Source of the DNA: Candidatus Caldarchaeum subterraneum
GTDB lineage: Archaea > Thermoproteota > Nitrososphaeria_A > Caldarchaeales > Caldarchaeaceae
Direction of reading: 5' to 3'
NCBI GenBank assembly: GCA_000270325.1
Contig: BA000048.1
Span: 1,346,700 to 1,410,699 of the forward strand
DNA length: 64,000 nt
The translations under genes were made by a program, and so were the position numbers. How positions within the stretch are numbered: position 1 is the stretch's first letter; each line of letters starts with the position of its first letter. The notes beneath the pieces are model-generated. The model was not told the origin of the DNA. It was given only the letters and a program-made list of their open reading frames with translations, and made no database searches. Below, piece after piece: positions 27,382 through 36,725 of the stretch.

Positions 27382-27916
27382 CAGTCTCGACGAGCTTGGC
27401 TCCGCACATGGGGCAGAACCGCGACTCTCCCGGAATCACGCTGGAGCAAAACTTACAGATTTTCATAACCTGCTGCACGTTTTCCTGCGGCGGGGAAGTT
27501 GCTGGAGATGGTTCAATTTTTTGGGTCGCCGACGATTGCTGAATGGGTTTCTCTGCTTCAACAGGCTTCGAAACGAAAACATTACCCGCAACATATCCCA
27601 TCAACCCGGCCAGAAACGTTGCGCCGCCTATTAGGAGCAGCCTGGACACAACCAAGTCAGTCTCAAGCTGTGAAGGACTCCAAAGAGAGAAGTTGAGAAA
27701 CCGGGATAAAGCGAACGCGGCCACGCCACCAACCGCCGCCGCAAGTGCAGATTTGGCGGAGGCCCTCGCCACCAAACCGGCAGCCGAAGCAGTCAACAAC
27801 ATGGAAAGTATAGCTGGCTGAAGTGGATTGAGGTAAATGTTTTCCAGATAAATTAGTAGGAATGCGATGACGAAGGACAGGACTGTGGCGGCGGCTAAGC
27901 GTAGATAACCCCGCAT
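27344..27916 (-). CDS. Membrane protein with C-terminal cytoplasmic zinc ribbon
   Basis: Four predicted TM helices, a Pro/Ser-rich linker, then CKFCSSVIPGESRFCPMCGAKL. 38-nt overlap with the lhr start. Confidence 0.55.
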   Translation of the reverse strand: MRGYLRLAAATVLSFVIAFLLIYLENIYLNPLQPAILSMLLTASAAGLVARASAKSALAAAVGGVAAFALSRFLNFSLWSPSQLETDLVVSRLLLIGGATFLAGLMGYVAGNVFVSKPVEAEKPIQQSSATQKIEPSPATSPPQENVQQVMKICKFCSSVIPGESRFCPMCGAKLVETGEESGESVQGRA

Positions 27917-27970
27917 CTCAACCGAGAAATTAATCTGACCCGGCTTTTTAAAAGCCTATCTCATACGAAT

Positions 27971-29176
27971 TTAGTCGACATCCATGCCGAAAGCAGTCTT
28001 CATCATCTGTCGGAGTATTACAAGTTTCTGGATGTCGTTGGCGCCTTCGTAGATTTTGAAGACCTGCGAATCCCTGAGAAACCTTTCAACCAATCCGTCT
28101 GTCGCCACTCCGACGCCGCCGTGGACAGTTATAGCCTTAAGCGCGGCTTTTTCTGCCACTTCTGTGGCATATAGTTTGGCCATCGACGCAGCCATTACAG
28201 CCTCGGGCCTATTCTTGTTGGCTAAGGTTGTTGCCCAGTAGAGCATCAGCCTCGCGCCCTCGAGCATGGTGAGCATCTCGCTGACATGAAACTGAACCGC
28301 TTGGAAATATATCAGCGGCCTCTCGAACACTCTACGCTGAAGCGAATATTGTAGTGTTTTTTCGAGACAGGCTTGGGCAACTCCGACAGCTTGAGCCGCC
28401 ACACCTATTCTACCGTGGTCGTAGGTGTCCATCGCGATTTTGAATCCCTGCCCCTCTTCCCCCACCATGTTCTCCTCCGGCACGTAGACGTTGTCGAGTA
28501 TGACTTCGCATGGATGGCTGCCCCTGATTCCTATCACCTCGATTTTTTCACCTACCCGGAAGCCGGGTGTGCCTCGTTCCACGATGAAGAAGCTGAGGCC
28601 CTTATGCCTCTCTTTCCTGCTGGGTGGAGGAGAAGTTCTCGCGAGGACGATGAAATAATCTGCTTTATCGGCTCCTGAGATGAAGTATTTTCTTCCGTTG
28701 ATTTCCCAGCCCCCGTTTTTCCGTTTGGCCGTGGTCTCGATTCCCGCCACGTCTGTGCCCGCCCCAGGCTCTGTTGTGGCGTGTGCCGCGAACTTTTCTC
28801 CACGTGCTATCGGTGGAAGATATTTGCGTTTCTGTTCCTCGGTGCCGTAGACCATCACGGGGTAGGTGAAGAGAACTCCCACCAACGTGGCGACCGTGAA
28901 CGCGGGGCATATGCGGGAAACCTCCTCGACGAACAAGGTGGAGTACATCATGTCCGTTCCCTGTCCATCATAGGTTTCGGGAATGCCGAGGCCGAGGTAC
29001 CCCTGCTCCGCAGCCTTCTTCAAAAGAGCCTTTGGAATAGTGTTGGTGCGCTCAATCTCCTTAACCAGAGGCTCAATCTCCTTCTCGGCAAATGCCCTGA
29101 CAGATTTGCGGAAAATCTCGTACTCTTCCTTCACCTCTACGGCGAAGTCAAAAACAGAGGAGAATGGGAAAACCAT
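27971..29176 (-). CDS. Acyl-CoA dehydrogenase
   Basis: Full-length ACAD architecture ([11 protein letters not shown]; catalytic-base region [12 protein letters not shown]). Confidence 0.9.
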   Translation of the reverse strand: MVFPFSSVFDFAVEVKEEYEIFRKSVRAFAEKEIEPLVKEIERTNTIPKALLKKAAEQGYLGLGIPETYDGQGTDMMYSTLFVEEVSRICPAFTVATLVGVLFTYPVMVYGTEEQKRKYLPPIARGEKFAAHATTEPGAGTDVAGIETTAKRKNGGWEINGRKYFISGADKADYFIVLARTSPPPSRKERHKGLSFFIVERGTPGFRVGEKIEVIGIRGSHPCEVILDNVYVPEENMVGEEGQGFKIAMDTYDHGRIGVAAQAVGVAQACLEKTLQYSLQRRVFERPLIYFQAVQFHVSEMLTMLEGARLMLYWATTLANKNRPEAVMAASMAKLYATEVAEKAALKAITVHGGVGVATDGLVERFLRDSQVFKIYEGANDIQKLVILRQMMKTAFGMDVD

Positions 29177-29218
29177 GCAAATAGAGAGGTGTGGCGGAAT
29201 TTAAGGAAGCAGCTGATG

Positions 29219-29650
29219 TTAGGGTTTTTTCTCCGCTTTTCGTCTCTGGATGGCTGCGACGAGGCTTACAACCAGCCCGAGGACAAGGAGGATGTAGGCT
29301 GTGCCGCGGTGGCTTTCTTCAAGCGCCCCTTGACCAATCCCGAGGTCAACCCATCGCATAAGCCCCATCCCCATCGCCACCTGAGTAAGCGTAACCAGAA
29401 GCACCACAGCCGTCAAAGCTGTCACCACGCGGCTAACTCTTCCCGTGGCTAGATAAGCTCCGACAACAAATATCCCCAAAATACCGATGGCTGCGTGAAC
29501 CAGCTGCAGAGAACCAGCGGCAAACCCAGACTCCCCTATCGCAATCTGCACCAGCACACCTACGCCTATCAAAGCACCTATAACCATGCGCGTATTCATA
29601 GTGAAAAAATTTTGCAAAATGATTCTAAAAAACCTTGGGAGGTTTAACAA
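29219..29650 (-). CDS. Small integral membrane protein (about 4 TM), unknown function
   Basis: Hydrophobic segments throughout. The likely start is the internal Met (MNTRMVIGAL). Confidence 0.45.
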   Translation of the reverse strand: MLNLPRFFRIILQNFFTMNTRMVIGALIGVGVLVQIAIGESGFAAGSLQLVHAAIGILGIFVVGAYLATGRVSRVVTALTAVVLLVTLTQVAMGMGLMRWVDLGIGQGALEESHRGTAYILLVLGLVVSLVAAIQRRKAEKKP

Positions 29651-29658
29651 AAATAGGT

Positions 29659-31287
29659 TTAGAATTCAGGTGTCTCTGATTCGCCTTCCTTCTTCTTTTC
29701 CTCCTTCTTCTTGGAGGCGGCGACGACGTCGTCTATTCTCAGTATCATCGAGGCTGCTTCGAAGCTCGAGCGGAGAGCGTGGAGCTTAACCTTAGCCGGC
29801 TCTATAACACCGTTGGCCAACATATCGATGACCCCGCCGCCGAAGATGTTGACGCCCACGGCTCTCTGTCCGTTTTCATGGGCGTGACGTATCTGGGCCA
29901 TTATCTCCACAGGCTCGAGTCCAGCGTTTTCGGCGAGGGTTCTCGGTATTGCTTCGACGGCTTCGGCGAATGCGAGGTAGGCCAGCTGCTCCTTGCCTGA
30001 AAGCTTGCCCGCCGTCTGTCTCAGCTGTCTCGCTATCTCCTCCTCGATAGCTCCTCCGCCCGGAACTATACGTGGGTCGTCGACCAGGTCAATCATGTTC
30101 ATGATGGCGTCGTTCAGAGCCCTTTCAGCCTCGTCAAGCTGCCTCTCCAGCCCAGCCCTCAACAACACCGCCACGGCCTTGGGGTTCTCGCATTTCTCGA
30201 CAAAAACCATCCGGTCCTCGCCTATCTTCCTCTCCTCGACGAGTCCAGCTCTTCCGAGGTCTTTTGGCGAAAGGTCCTCAAAGTTAGTTACAACCCTTCC
30301 ACCTGTTGCTTTGGCGAGCTTCTCCATATCGCTCTTCTTGACACGCCTAACAGCTAGAATGCCTTCTTTCGCGAGGAAGAACTGAGCCGCGTCATCGATT
30401 CCCTTCTGGCAGAAGACAACGTTGGCGCCGACGGCCTTCACCTTGTCAACCATGCCCTTGAGGATGTTGGTCTCCTCGTCGAGGAACTCCTTTATCTTCA
30501 GCGGGTCCCTTATGCGGATTTCGGCGCTGAACTCCGTCTTCTCGATCTCGAAGGGGCTGTCGATGAGAGCTATCCGAGCGTTCTCCACACGCTTTGGCAT
30601 GGCGGCGTGAACAACCTCCTTATCCACCACAACACCGCGAATAAGCTCAGTCTCCCCGAGGCTTCTGCCAATCTTCTTAACAATCTGGATATCGTCTTTA
30701 TCGGCCCTCTGTTTGCCGTTAACTTCCTTCACCACGCTTAGGACAGAGTCGACAGCGATGTCGACGAGCTTGTCCAAGGCGAAGCCGAGAGACTTGCTTC
30801 CAAGAGATGTGGTTATCACTTTTCTGAGTGTGGCTCTGTCTTTGAGGTCTATTTTGATGGCGTTCTCGTTTATGACCTCAAGGGCTTTGTCTAGGGCTTT
30901 TTTGTAGCCAGAGATTATGGTGCTTGCGTGAATCTTCTGCTCAATCAGCTCCTCGGCTTTTCTCAACAGCTCCCCAGCTAGGATGACTGCGGTTGTGGTT
31001 CCGTCGCCTACCACGTGGTCCTGCGACTTGGCCACCTCTATAATCATCTTGGCAGCGGGATGTTCGACATCGATTTTCTCGAGAATTGTTGCGCCGTCGT
31101 TTGTTACGATGACGTCGCCGATGTTGTCCACCAAAAGCTTGTCCATTCCCTTGGGCCCGAGAGTCGTCCGCACAATCTCGGCGATTATCTTGGCGGCGGC
31201 TATGTTGTTGCGCTGAGCAGACCTACCCTGTGTCCGCGTCGTACCTTCCTTCAGAATTATTACTGGCTGACCTGGTGCTAGAGACAT
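29659..31287 (-). CDS. ths: Thermosome subunit (group II chaperonin)
   Basis: [28 protein letters not shown] and [10 protein letters not shown] motifs, with a Lys/Glu-rich C-terminal tail. Confidence 0.95.
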   Translation of the reverse strand: MSLAPGQPVIILKEGTTRTQGRSAQRNNIAAAKIIAEIVRTTLGPKGMDKLLVDNIGDVIVTNDGATILEKIDVEHPAAKMIIEVAKSQDHVVGDGTTTAVILAGELLRKAEELIEQKIHASTIISGYKKALDKALEVINENAIKIDLKDRATLRKVITTSLGSKSLGFALDKLVDIAVDSVLSVVKEVNGKQRADKDDIQIVKKIGRSLGETELIRGVVVDKEVVHAAMPKRVENARIALIDSPFEIEKTEFSAEIRIRDPLKIKEFLDEETNILKGMVDKVKAVGANVVFCQKGIDDAAQFFLAKEGILAVRRVKKSDMEKLAKATGGRVVTNFEDLSPKDLGRAGLVEERKIGEDRMVFVEKCENPKAVAVLLRAGLERQLDEAERALNDAIMNMIDLVDDPRIVPGGGAIEEEIARQLRQTAGKLSGKEQLAYLAFAEAVEAIPRTLAENAGLEPVEIMAQIRHAHENGQRAVGVNIFGGGVIDMLANGVIEPAKVKLHALRSSFEAASMILRIDDVVAASKKKEEKKKEGESETPEF

Positions 31288-31333
31288 GCTTCATCAACCT
31301 CTAACGGTCTCGGATGTGCGGAATAATTTAAGT

Positions 31334-31579
31334 CTAACCTGTCGGAAGGTTGCGGAGAACGGTTTTTGCAGCTCTCTCAACATCCTCTTTCTTCACGGTC
31401 CGCCGTCCCGCGTACTGGGCGAGCTCAAAAGCCTCCTTCGCTATCATGGCTCCGACGTTTTCCAATATTTTGCGGAGTTCATCGGCGGCGTCCTCGCTCA
31501 CCCTCGCGGCTCCGGCCTTCTTCATTATGCGGTGAATCGGCGCCGATGGAATATCGGCTTCTTTCTCGGACATCGCCAT
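31334..31579 (-). CDS. Archaeal histone (HMf family)
   Basis: Histone fold IPSAPIHRIMKKAGAARVSEDAADELRKILENVGAMIAKEAFELAQYAGRRTVKKEDVERA, with short N- and C-terminal extensions. Confidence 0.9.
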   Translation of the reverse strand: MAMSEKEADIPSAPIHRIMKKAGAARVSEDAADELRKILENVGAMIAKEAFELAQYAGRRTVKKEDVERAAKTVLRNLPTG

Positions 31580-31744
31580 TTCATATTTCTACCTACATAA
31601 AACCCTTACAGTCCCACGGACTTTAACAGGTCTTCCGCGAATTTCCACGGGATACCATATAGCATTCCTGGGTATTTATGGCCAAATATGGGTTTAAAAG
31701 CCATCAGTAACTCTTTTTAAAAAGGAAACTGAGGCGTAAATGGT

Positions 31745-32584
31745 TTGGCGACCACAAGAATCGAGTGTCCTAATTGTCATAGGCTAACTATCAAAGGAAA
31801 GTTTTGCATATACTGCGGCTATACTTTGGAGCAGCCAGTTGAACCGCCGAAGCCGGAGGTGGAGGAGGCAGAGGAGGTTGTCGAGCAATTGCCGGAGTCA
31901 CCTGCGGAGTCCGCTGAGCAGCAGGCAGTTCAGCCGCCCGCTGGAGAGGATGTCGCTGTTGAGGAGAAGAGGCTTGTGGACCAGATGTCCACGGTTTATC
32001 TGTGGTATTTCCGTCTCATCGACCTGTTTCTCGACCGCGAGGCCGACCCCGAGGTTTTCGGCGAGCTTTTCCACGAGTATCGCTCTAGGCTTAAGACCCT
32101 TGACGAGAGGAGACAGGCTGAGATAGCGAAGGTTGAGGAACGTATCAACACCCTTAACTCGTCGCTTGAGAAGCTTAAGGTCAAGCACGAGGTCGGAGAA
32201 ATTCCAGACAGACAATACATTACGCAGAAGCTGGAGATTGAGAGAGAGATGGGTCGTCTTAGGCCCAAGTTGATGTATCTGAGAAACCCGTTCAACATCC
32301 GTTTGGCCGACCTGCCAACCTTCAAGACACAGTTGGAGGAACGTCTACAGAAGGTAAAAACAAACGGACGTGATCTAGGAATGCAGGAGGAATTCATAAA
32401 CATGTTTGAGCAGGATGTTCAATCCGCTTTGAAGGCTCTCGAGGTCTTGATGGAGCAGCATCAGAAGATTAAGAAAGAGCTCAACAAGCTGGAGCTGCGG
32501 TACAAAATCGGCGAGCTGAAGCAGAGCGAGTACCTGTCGCTTAAGCAGAAGCTTGAGAGACAGCTGGAGCTACGGGGAGGTTAG
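31745..32584 (+). CDS. Zinc-ribbon / acidic linker / coiled-coil protein with two SHOCT-like motifs
   Basis: CPNCHRLTIKGKFCIYCGY, then a ~60-aa Glu/Pro-rich stretch and a helical region containing LEKLKVKHEVGEIPDRQYITQKLEIE and LNKLELRYKIGELKQSEYLSLKQKLE. TTG start, with TTTTTAAAAAGG about 25-30 nt upstream. Confidence 0.5.
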   Translation: MATTRIECPNCHRLTIKGKFCIYCGYTLEQPVEPPKPEVEEAEEVVEQLPESPAESAEQQAVQPPAGEDVAVEEKRLVDQMSTVYLWYFRLIDLFLDREADPEVFGELFHEYRSRLKTLDERRQAEIAKVEERINTLNSSLEKLKVKHEVGEIPDRQYITQKLEIEREMGRLRPKLMYLRNPFNIRLADLPTFKTQLEERLQKVKTNGRDLGMQEEFINMFEQDVQSALKALEVLMEQHQKIKKELNKLELRYKIGELKQSEYLSLKQKLERQLELRGG

Positions 32585-32614
32585 ATATTTTAGCCCGCGA
32601 GTCTTTGGTCGGGT

Positions 32615-33211
32615 GTGAAGGTTATAGTAACAGCTCTTCCGGGGTCTGGAAAAACCACCACCGTCAAGAAAGTTGTTGAGAAGATGCCCAGCCTCGTGGT
32701 CATCAACTATGGCGACCTCATGTTCGAAGAGGCCTCAAAGCTCTACGGCATATCGCACAGAGACGATATGAGGAAGAAACTCGGACTCAGAGACTACCAG
32801 AGACTTCAGAAGAGTGCGGCAGAAAGGATAGCAGCTATGGATAATGTCGTCGTCGACACACACTCGGTAATCAAAACCCCTTTTGGCTATTATCCGGGGC
32901 TTCCTTCTGAAGCGGTTCGAATAATGAACCCCCATTTGATTGTTTTTCTCGATTGCAGGCCTGAGGACATTCTGAGTAGAAGGCTTAAGGATGTTGCTGA
33001 GGGTGTTGACAGAAAACGTGAGACAGAGAGTGTTGAGGCGATTGAGGCCGACCAGCAGATGGGCAAGTTTTTCGTGGCCGCCGCGGCTAACACGGCGGCA
33101 TGCTATCTCAAGGTTGTCTCACTACGATATGAGCAGAAGAGGCCATATGAGCATGCGGAGGCCGCGGCTGAGGAGATAGTGCAGGCGATCAAGTCTCTTT
33201 CAAATGTTTAG
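32615..33211 (+). CDS. adkA: Adenylate kinase, archaeal type
   Basis: MKVIVTALPGSGKTT P-loop, and length and layout typical of AdkA. Confidence 0.85.
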   Translation: MKVIVTALPGSGKTTTVKKVVEKMPSLVVINYGDLMFEEASKLYGISHRDDMRKKLGLRDYQRLQKSAAERIAAMDNVVVDTHSVIKTPFGYYPGLPSEAVRIMNPHLIVFLDCRPEDILSRRLKDVAEGVDRKRETESVEAIEADQQMGKFFVAAAANTAACYLKVVSLRYEQKRPYEHAEAAAEEIVQAIKSLSNV

Positions 33212-33984
33212 CGCAGTATTTTCCGAGCCGTGACGAGGTATGTCGTGTGTCCTCTCATGAGAAATTCGGGCCTCGTCATACCACGTTTTACTCTCATGTT
33301 TCTGAGAAGCAGCTCGACACATGAAAGGTCTGAAAACCCGCCTGCCTCGAGAGCCTCGTAGGTCTGAACGACCTGCTCAACGGTTGGACTTAGCGAGACC
33401 CATACACCGCTCGGCTTCAAAGCATCATAACATGATTGAACAGCTCTCCACGGCTCTGGAATGTCTATGACCGCCGCGTCCAACTCCTTCTCCACAATTT
33501 TTTCACACACATCCCCCTGCTTCAGCTCGATGTAGTCAAGCAGCCCCAGCTGCCTCATCCTAACAGTTGCTGTCTCGATGTTCTCAAGCCTGACATCATA
33601 GCTGTACACTCTCCCCGTTGGCCTGACGAGGTATGTGAGAAAAGCTGCCAAAACACCGGTGCCCGTGCCCGCCTCAACCACCCGATAACCCGGCCCCACG
33701 CCAGACACAGCCGCTATGTAGCCAAGGTCCTTTGGATAAACTATCTGAGTCGTGCGCGGGAGAAACATAAGCAGGTCGAGGAACGTCGGCTTAAACACAT
33801 GCATGACAGCTCCTGTGTTGGAATGGAGAACGCATCCGCTCGGCTGTCCAATGAGGTTTGAGAGGTCTATGAATCCTTCGCTTGTGTGAAACTTTTTCCC
33901 GCTTCTAAGCTGCACCATGTATCTTTTCTTTTTCTCCGTGACAATTAGAACGCGGTCCCCCTCCTGGAAAGTATGCTGCTGCAT
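33208..33984 (-). CDS. trmI: tRNA (adenine57/58-N1)-methyltransferase TrmI
   Basis: Gcd14/TrmI layout: N-terminal beta domain, RTTQIVYPKDLGYI, and SAM motif VVEAGTGTGVLAAFL. Confidence 0.85.
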   Translation of the reverse strand: MQQHTFQEGDRVLIVTEKKKRYMVQLRSGKKFHTSEGFIDLSNLIGQPSGCVLHSNTGAVMHVFKPTFLDLLMFLPRTTQIVYPKDLGYIAAVSGVGPGYRVVEAGTGTGVLAAFLTYLVRPTGRVYSYDVRLENIETATVRMRQLGLLDYIELKQGDVCEKIVEKELDAAVIDIPEPWRAVQSCYDALKPSGVWVSLSPTVEQVVQTYEALEAGGFSDLSCVELLLRNMRVKRGMTRPEFLMRGHTTYLVTARKILR

Positions 33985-34025
33985 CTCTGAAAAAGTTTAG
34001 ATATAGTGTTCACTATTTATGTGAC

Positions 34026-34086
34026 GCGGCGGTGATGTCTCAGAGTTATGCCGATTGGTGAAGAGAAGGCATTTGGCTGAGCCGCC
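34026..34086 (+). ncRNA. Box C/D sRNA (2'-O-methylation guide)
   Basis: Layout 5'-GCGGC-g-GUGAUGU(C)-12 nt-CCGA(D')-UUG-GUGAAGA(C')-12 nt-CUGA(D)-GCCGC-3'. A 5-bp terminal stem (34026-30 with 34081-85) abuts the D box, leaving a 3-nt bulge on the C-box strand, which is K-turn geometry. Both guides are exactly 12 nt and the D'-C' spacer is 3 nt. A TATA (TTTAGATATAG, 33996-34006) lies about 25 nt upstream. Confidence 0.8.
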
Positions 34087-34124
34087 ATAAAACCTATATT
34101 CCCCATCCCCGAGCTATTCACACA

Positions 34125-36725
34125 GTGCGGACAACGCTAACACTGTTACTGATAATCGCCTTGACGCTTCCGGCCGCCACATCAACCAAGCCAGACAAAT
34201 TCACCGAAATCACCATCCCTTTGCAGAGTGTATCCGAGGAGGTTTCCATCGCCCAGACATCCAGCGGCTCTATCGAGGTTTTGGGTGCCTGGGGAAAGAA
34301 AACACTCAGCGTCTATCTCTACTCCTCCGGATCCGCCGCTTTGGATGAGGCCGCGAGAAGAGGTGTGGAGGTTTGGTATGGAAGCATCAGGGCATTTGTC
34401 CAAGAATATGGCTACAACTATCTTCTCTCACTATCTATGACCTTTGTCACACGCGATGAAGACGCAGACATAACTATACGCTATGTCTCGACGCTGGGAG
34501 GGAACATCTGCGGAGTAACTACGATTAGGTATGGGGGCTTCCTCTATGAAATAGTCAGCGCCACCATACAGATTTCGAGGGCATGCGTAGGCTCTGACGC
34601 CGAACTCGCCTACAAGGTGGTGGCGCACGAGTATGGACACGCTCTCGGCATAGGCCATTCAAGCAACCCAGTTGACCTCATGTATGAGAGGGTAAACACA
34701 GCAACCTATCCATCAACGCTAAACGTTTACGCGCTTGCGGTCGCCTATTCATGGGCCGAAGACAATCTCTACAGACCTCCCCCCACTCGTTCAATAAACT
34801 CGCTCCCCTCATCCATAGAATACAAACAGCTTCCACCACTTACAGAGATACGTCAGGTACGAGTCTACCTCCAGTCGGAGCTTGGGCGACTTCTTCTCAA
34901 CACCTACGCCCTGCCTCGTGGAACAGTTTTTAGACAGGTCGCAGAGGTGGAGAAAATTTTCGGCAACAGGACCAAGCTGGTTTTTGACCGCTGGGTTGTC
35001 AACGACATGAGCGCGAGCCGTTCGCCGACTCTCCAGGTTCGTGTTGAAGACGATACGGAGATTGTTGCGGTTTACAGTGTCTTCTACTTTGTAAGGGTTC
35101 AATTGTTTGAAGAGCTGGTGTCGGGCTGGTATCGTTTTGGTGAGGAGCTGCCGGTTACGGCGAGGGAGTTCATCAACTTTGAGAACGCTACACGAATGGT
35201 CTTCAGTGGATGGAGCGACGGGGTAGACCAGCCTGCTAGGAAAATCGTGGTCGACGGTCCGGTCGACATAGAGGCCCTTTACCTCCGCCAGTATCTTGTT
35301 CAGGTAGATTCCTCCGTTGATGTTTTCGAGGGTGAGGGCTGGTATAACGAGGGCGAGAGAGCTGAGATTGTTGTGGTGAGTAAGATGGTGTACCTGGGGG
35401 ATGATGTGCGTCTGCGTCTCTTCAACATGTCTCTACCCAGTGGTGGCGAGGTTGATGACGATGTGATACGTTTCATGGTCCATGGTCCTGTGACGGTTAC
35501 GGTGGATTGGGTGAAGGAGTACAGGGTTGTGGCGAGGGCCACCCACGGCGATACCAGTTTGTTTGACGGCTGGGTTGCTGATGGAACGGTTTTGAACCTG
35601 CAGGCCCCGCCTGAGATTACGTGGAACAACGGCACAAAAGCACTCTTCCAGGGCTGGAGGCCAGTGGACAATTCCAGCCCCCTTTTATCCATCACAGTCG
35701 ACAAGCCCTTGAACCTGCTGGCTCAATACGATGTCTACTACTTTGTCCAAGTGGTTTCCCTTTTTCCTGTGAATGTTTCAACTGGCTGGGTTAAGAGAGG
35801 TGACATCATTTTGCTCGACCCCGGTCCGCGGCTCAGAATGCATGGAGAAGGTGTCCGCAGCCGTTTCATGGGATGGGAAAAGATTGGGAACCAGACAAGC
35901 ATAACAGTTGAGGGACCGTTAACAGTTGAGGCGGTATGGGTCGAAGAAGCAAGGCTGCTGGTGAAAGGTCTTAACGAAGAAGCGGAAAGCTGGCACTTTT
36001 TGGGGGAGACTGTCCAGCTAGCCGCTGAAAAGCTTGTGGAAACAGAACCCGGTAGAAGATTTCTTTTCCTTGGATGGGGTGGCGACATCGAGAGTAAGGA
36101 GCCCGAGATAACGGTGGTTGTTGATGGCCCGAAATTCTTGAAACAGGTTTACCGCGAAGAGGCGTTGGTTGAATTTGTTTTCGTCGACGCTGAAGGTTTT
36201 CTCGTCCCAGCGGAAATGGTCCTGCGCGATGAAGCGAACCAGCATGAATATGTTCTAAAACCTTTGGATAAGCTTTGGCTTCCGACTGGAGAATACATGG
36301 TGGAGAAAATCAGCTTTAACTCCGCCGATGTCAAGACATCAGCGGAACTCCGCGTAACTGGCCCGGGGCGCTTCAACATTCCTGTGCGTGTTTACCGTGT
36401 GGAGGTCGATGTGTCAGATTTGCTGGGGTTGCCGCTTGCTGGTGCAAGGGTCACGCTCGTGAACAGCATGGGCGTGGCCGAGGTCTCTGGAGTGGTTGAC
36501 CGAGCTGGCCGGCTTGTCCTCCACCCTGTCAGCCATGACGCGAAGACTGCCGTGCTTGACTACGTTTTCTGGAGCCAAAAGGTTGCCTTAGAGCCGGAGA
36601 CGGGGCATGCTTTTGTCCGGGCTGGTGTATCGCTTCAAACCCTACTTATCCTGGCTGCCGTTTTAGCGGTTTTCTCAACAGCTTTGATAAAGGCTAAAGA
36701 GAGACGCATGAGGAGACTTGGCTGA
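34125..36725 (+). CDS. Membrane-anchored secreted metzincin (matrixin-like) metalloprotease with six F-x-GW repeat domains
   Basis: Signal peptide, then HEYGHALGIGH (H168-H178, nt 34626 onward) plus a downstream Met-turn candidate DLMY. Repeats are marked by FDRW, FSGW, FDGW, FQGW, FMGW and FLGW. A carboxypeptidase-regulatory-like beta domain and a C-terminal TM plus basic tail follow. Confidence 0.7.
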   Translation: MRTTLTLLLIIALTLPAATSTKPDKFTEITIPLQSVSEEVSIAQTSSGSIEVLGAWGKKTLSVYLYSSGSAALDEAARRGVEVWYGSIRAFVQEYGYNYLLSLSMTFVTRDEDADITIRYVSTLGGNICGVTTIRYGGFLYEIVSATIQISRACVGSDAELAYKVVAHEYGHALGIGHSSNPVDLMYERVNTATYPSTLNVYALAVAYSWAEDNLYRPPPTRSINSLPSSIEYKQLPPLTEIRQVRVYLQSELGRLLLNTYALPRGTVFRQVAEVEKIFGNRTKLVFDRWVVNDMSASRSPTLQVRVEDDTEIVAVYSVFYFVRVQLFEELVSGWYRFGEELPVTAREFINFENATRMVFSGWSDGVDQPARKIVVDGPVDIEALYLRQYLVQVDSSVDVFEGEGWYNEGERAEIVVVSKMVYLGDDVRLRLFNMSLPSGGEVDDDVIRFMVHGPVTVTVDWVKEYRVVARATHGDTSLFDGWVADGTVLNLQAPPEITWNNGTKALFQGWRPVDNSSPLLSITVDKPLNLLAQYDVYYFVQVVSLFPVNVSTGWVKRGDIILLDPGPRLRMHGEGVRSRFMGWEKIGNQTSITVEGPLTVEAVWVEEARLLVKGLNEEAESWHFLGETVQLAAEKLVETEPGRRFLFLGWGGDIESKEPEITVVVDGPKFLKQVYREEALVEFVFVDAEGFLVPAEMVLRDEANQHEYVLKPLDKLWLPTGEYMVEKISFNSADVKTSAELRVTGPGRFNIPVRVYRVEVDVSDLLGLPLAGARVTLVNSMGVAEVSGVVDRAGRLVLHPVSHDAKTAVLDYVFWSQKVALEPETGHAFVRAGVSLQTLLILAAVLAVFSTALIKAKERRMRRLG

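Noticed and set aside
28781-29452. Long antisense or alternative-frame ORFs inside well-supported genes (e.g. 28781-29452, 41453-41989, 51617-52177, 63174-63695, 5634-6053, 26709-27117)
   Set aside because: They lie opposite or out of frame to genes with strong family motifs. They have Arg/Ser/Pro-rich low-complexity translations typical of shadow ORFs in GC-rich coding DNA.
34039-34050. Possibility that the D' guide of the C/D sRNA targets the tRNA(CAU) at 2658-2732
   Set aside because: The predicted target CAUAACUCUGAG matches the tRNA only over CAUAAC (the tRNA reads CAUAACCUGGUG). That is too short for guide pairing. A different CAU-anticodon tRNA or an rRNA site outside the window is more likely.
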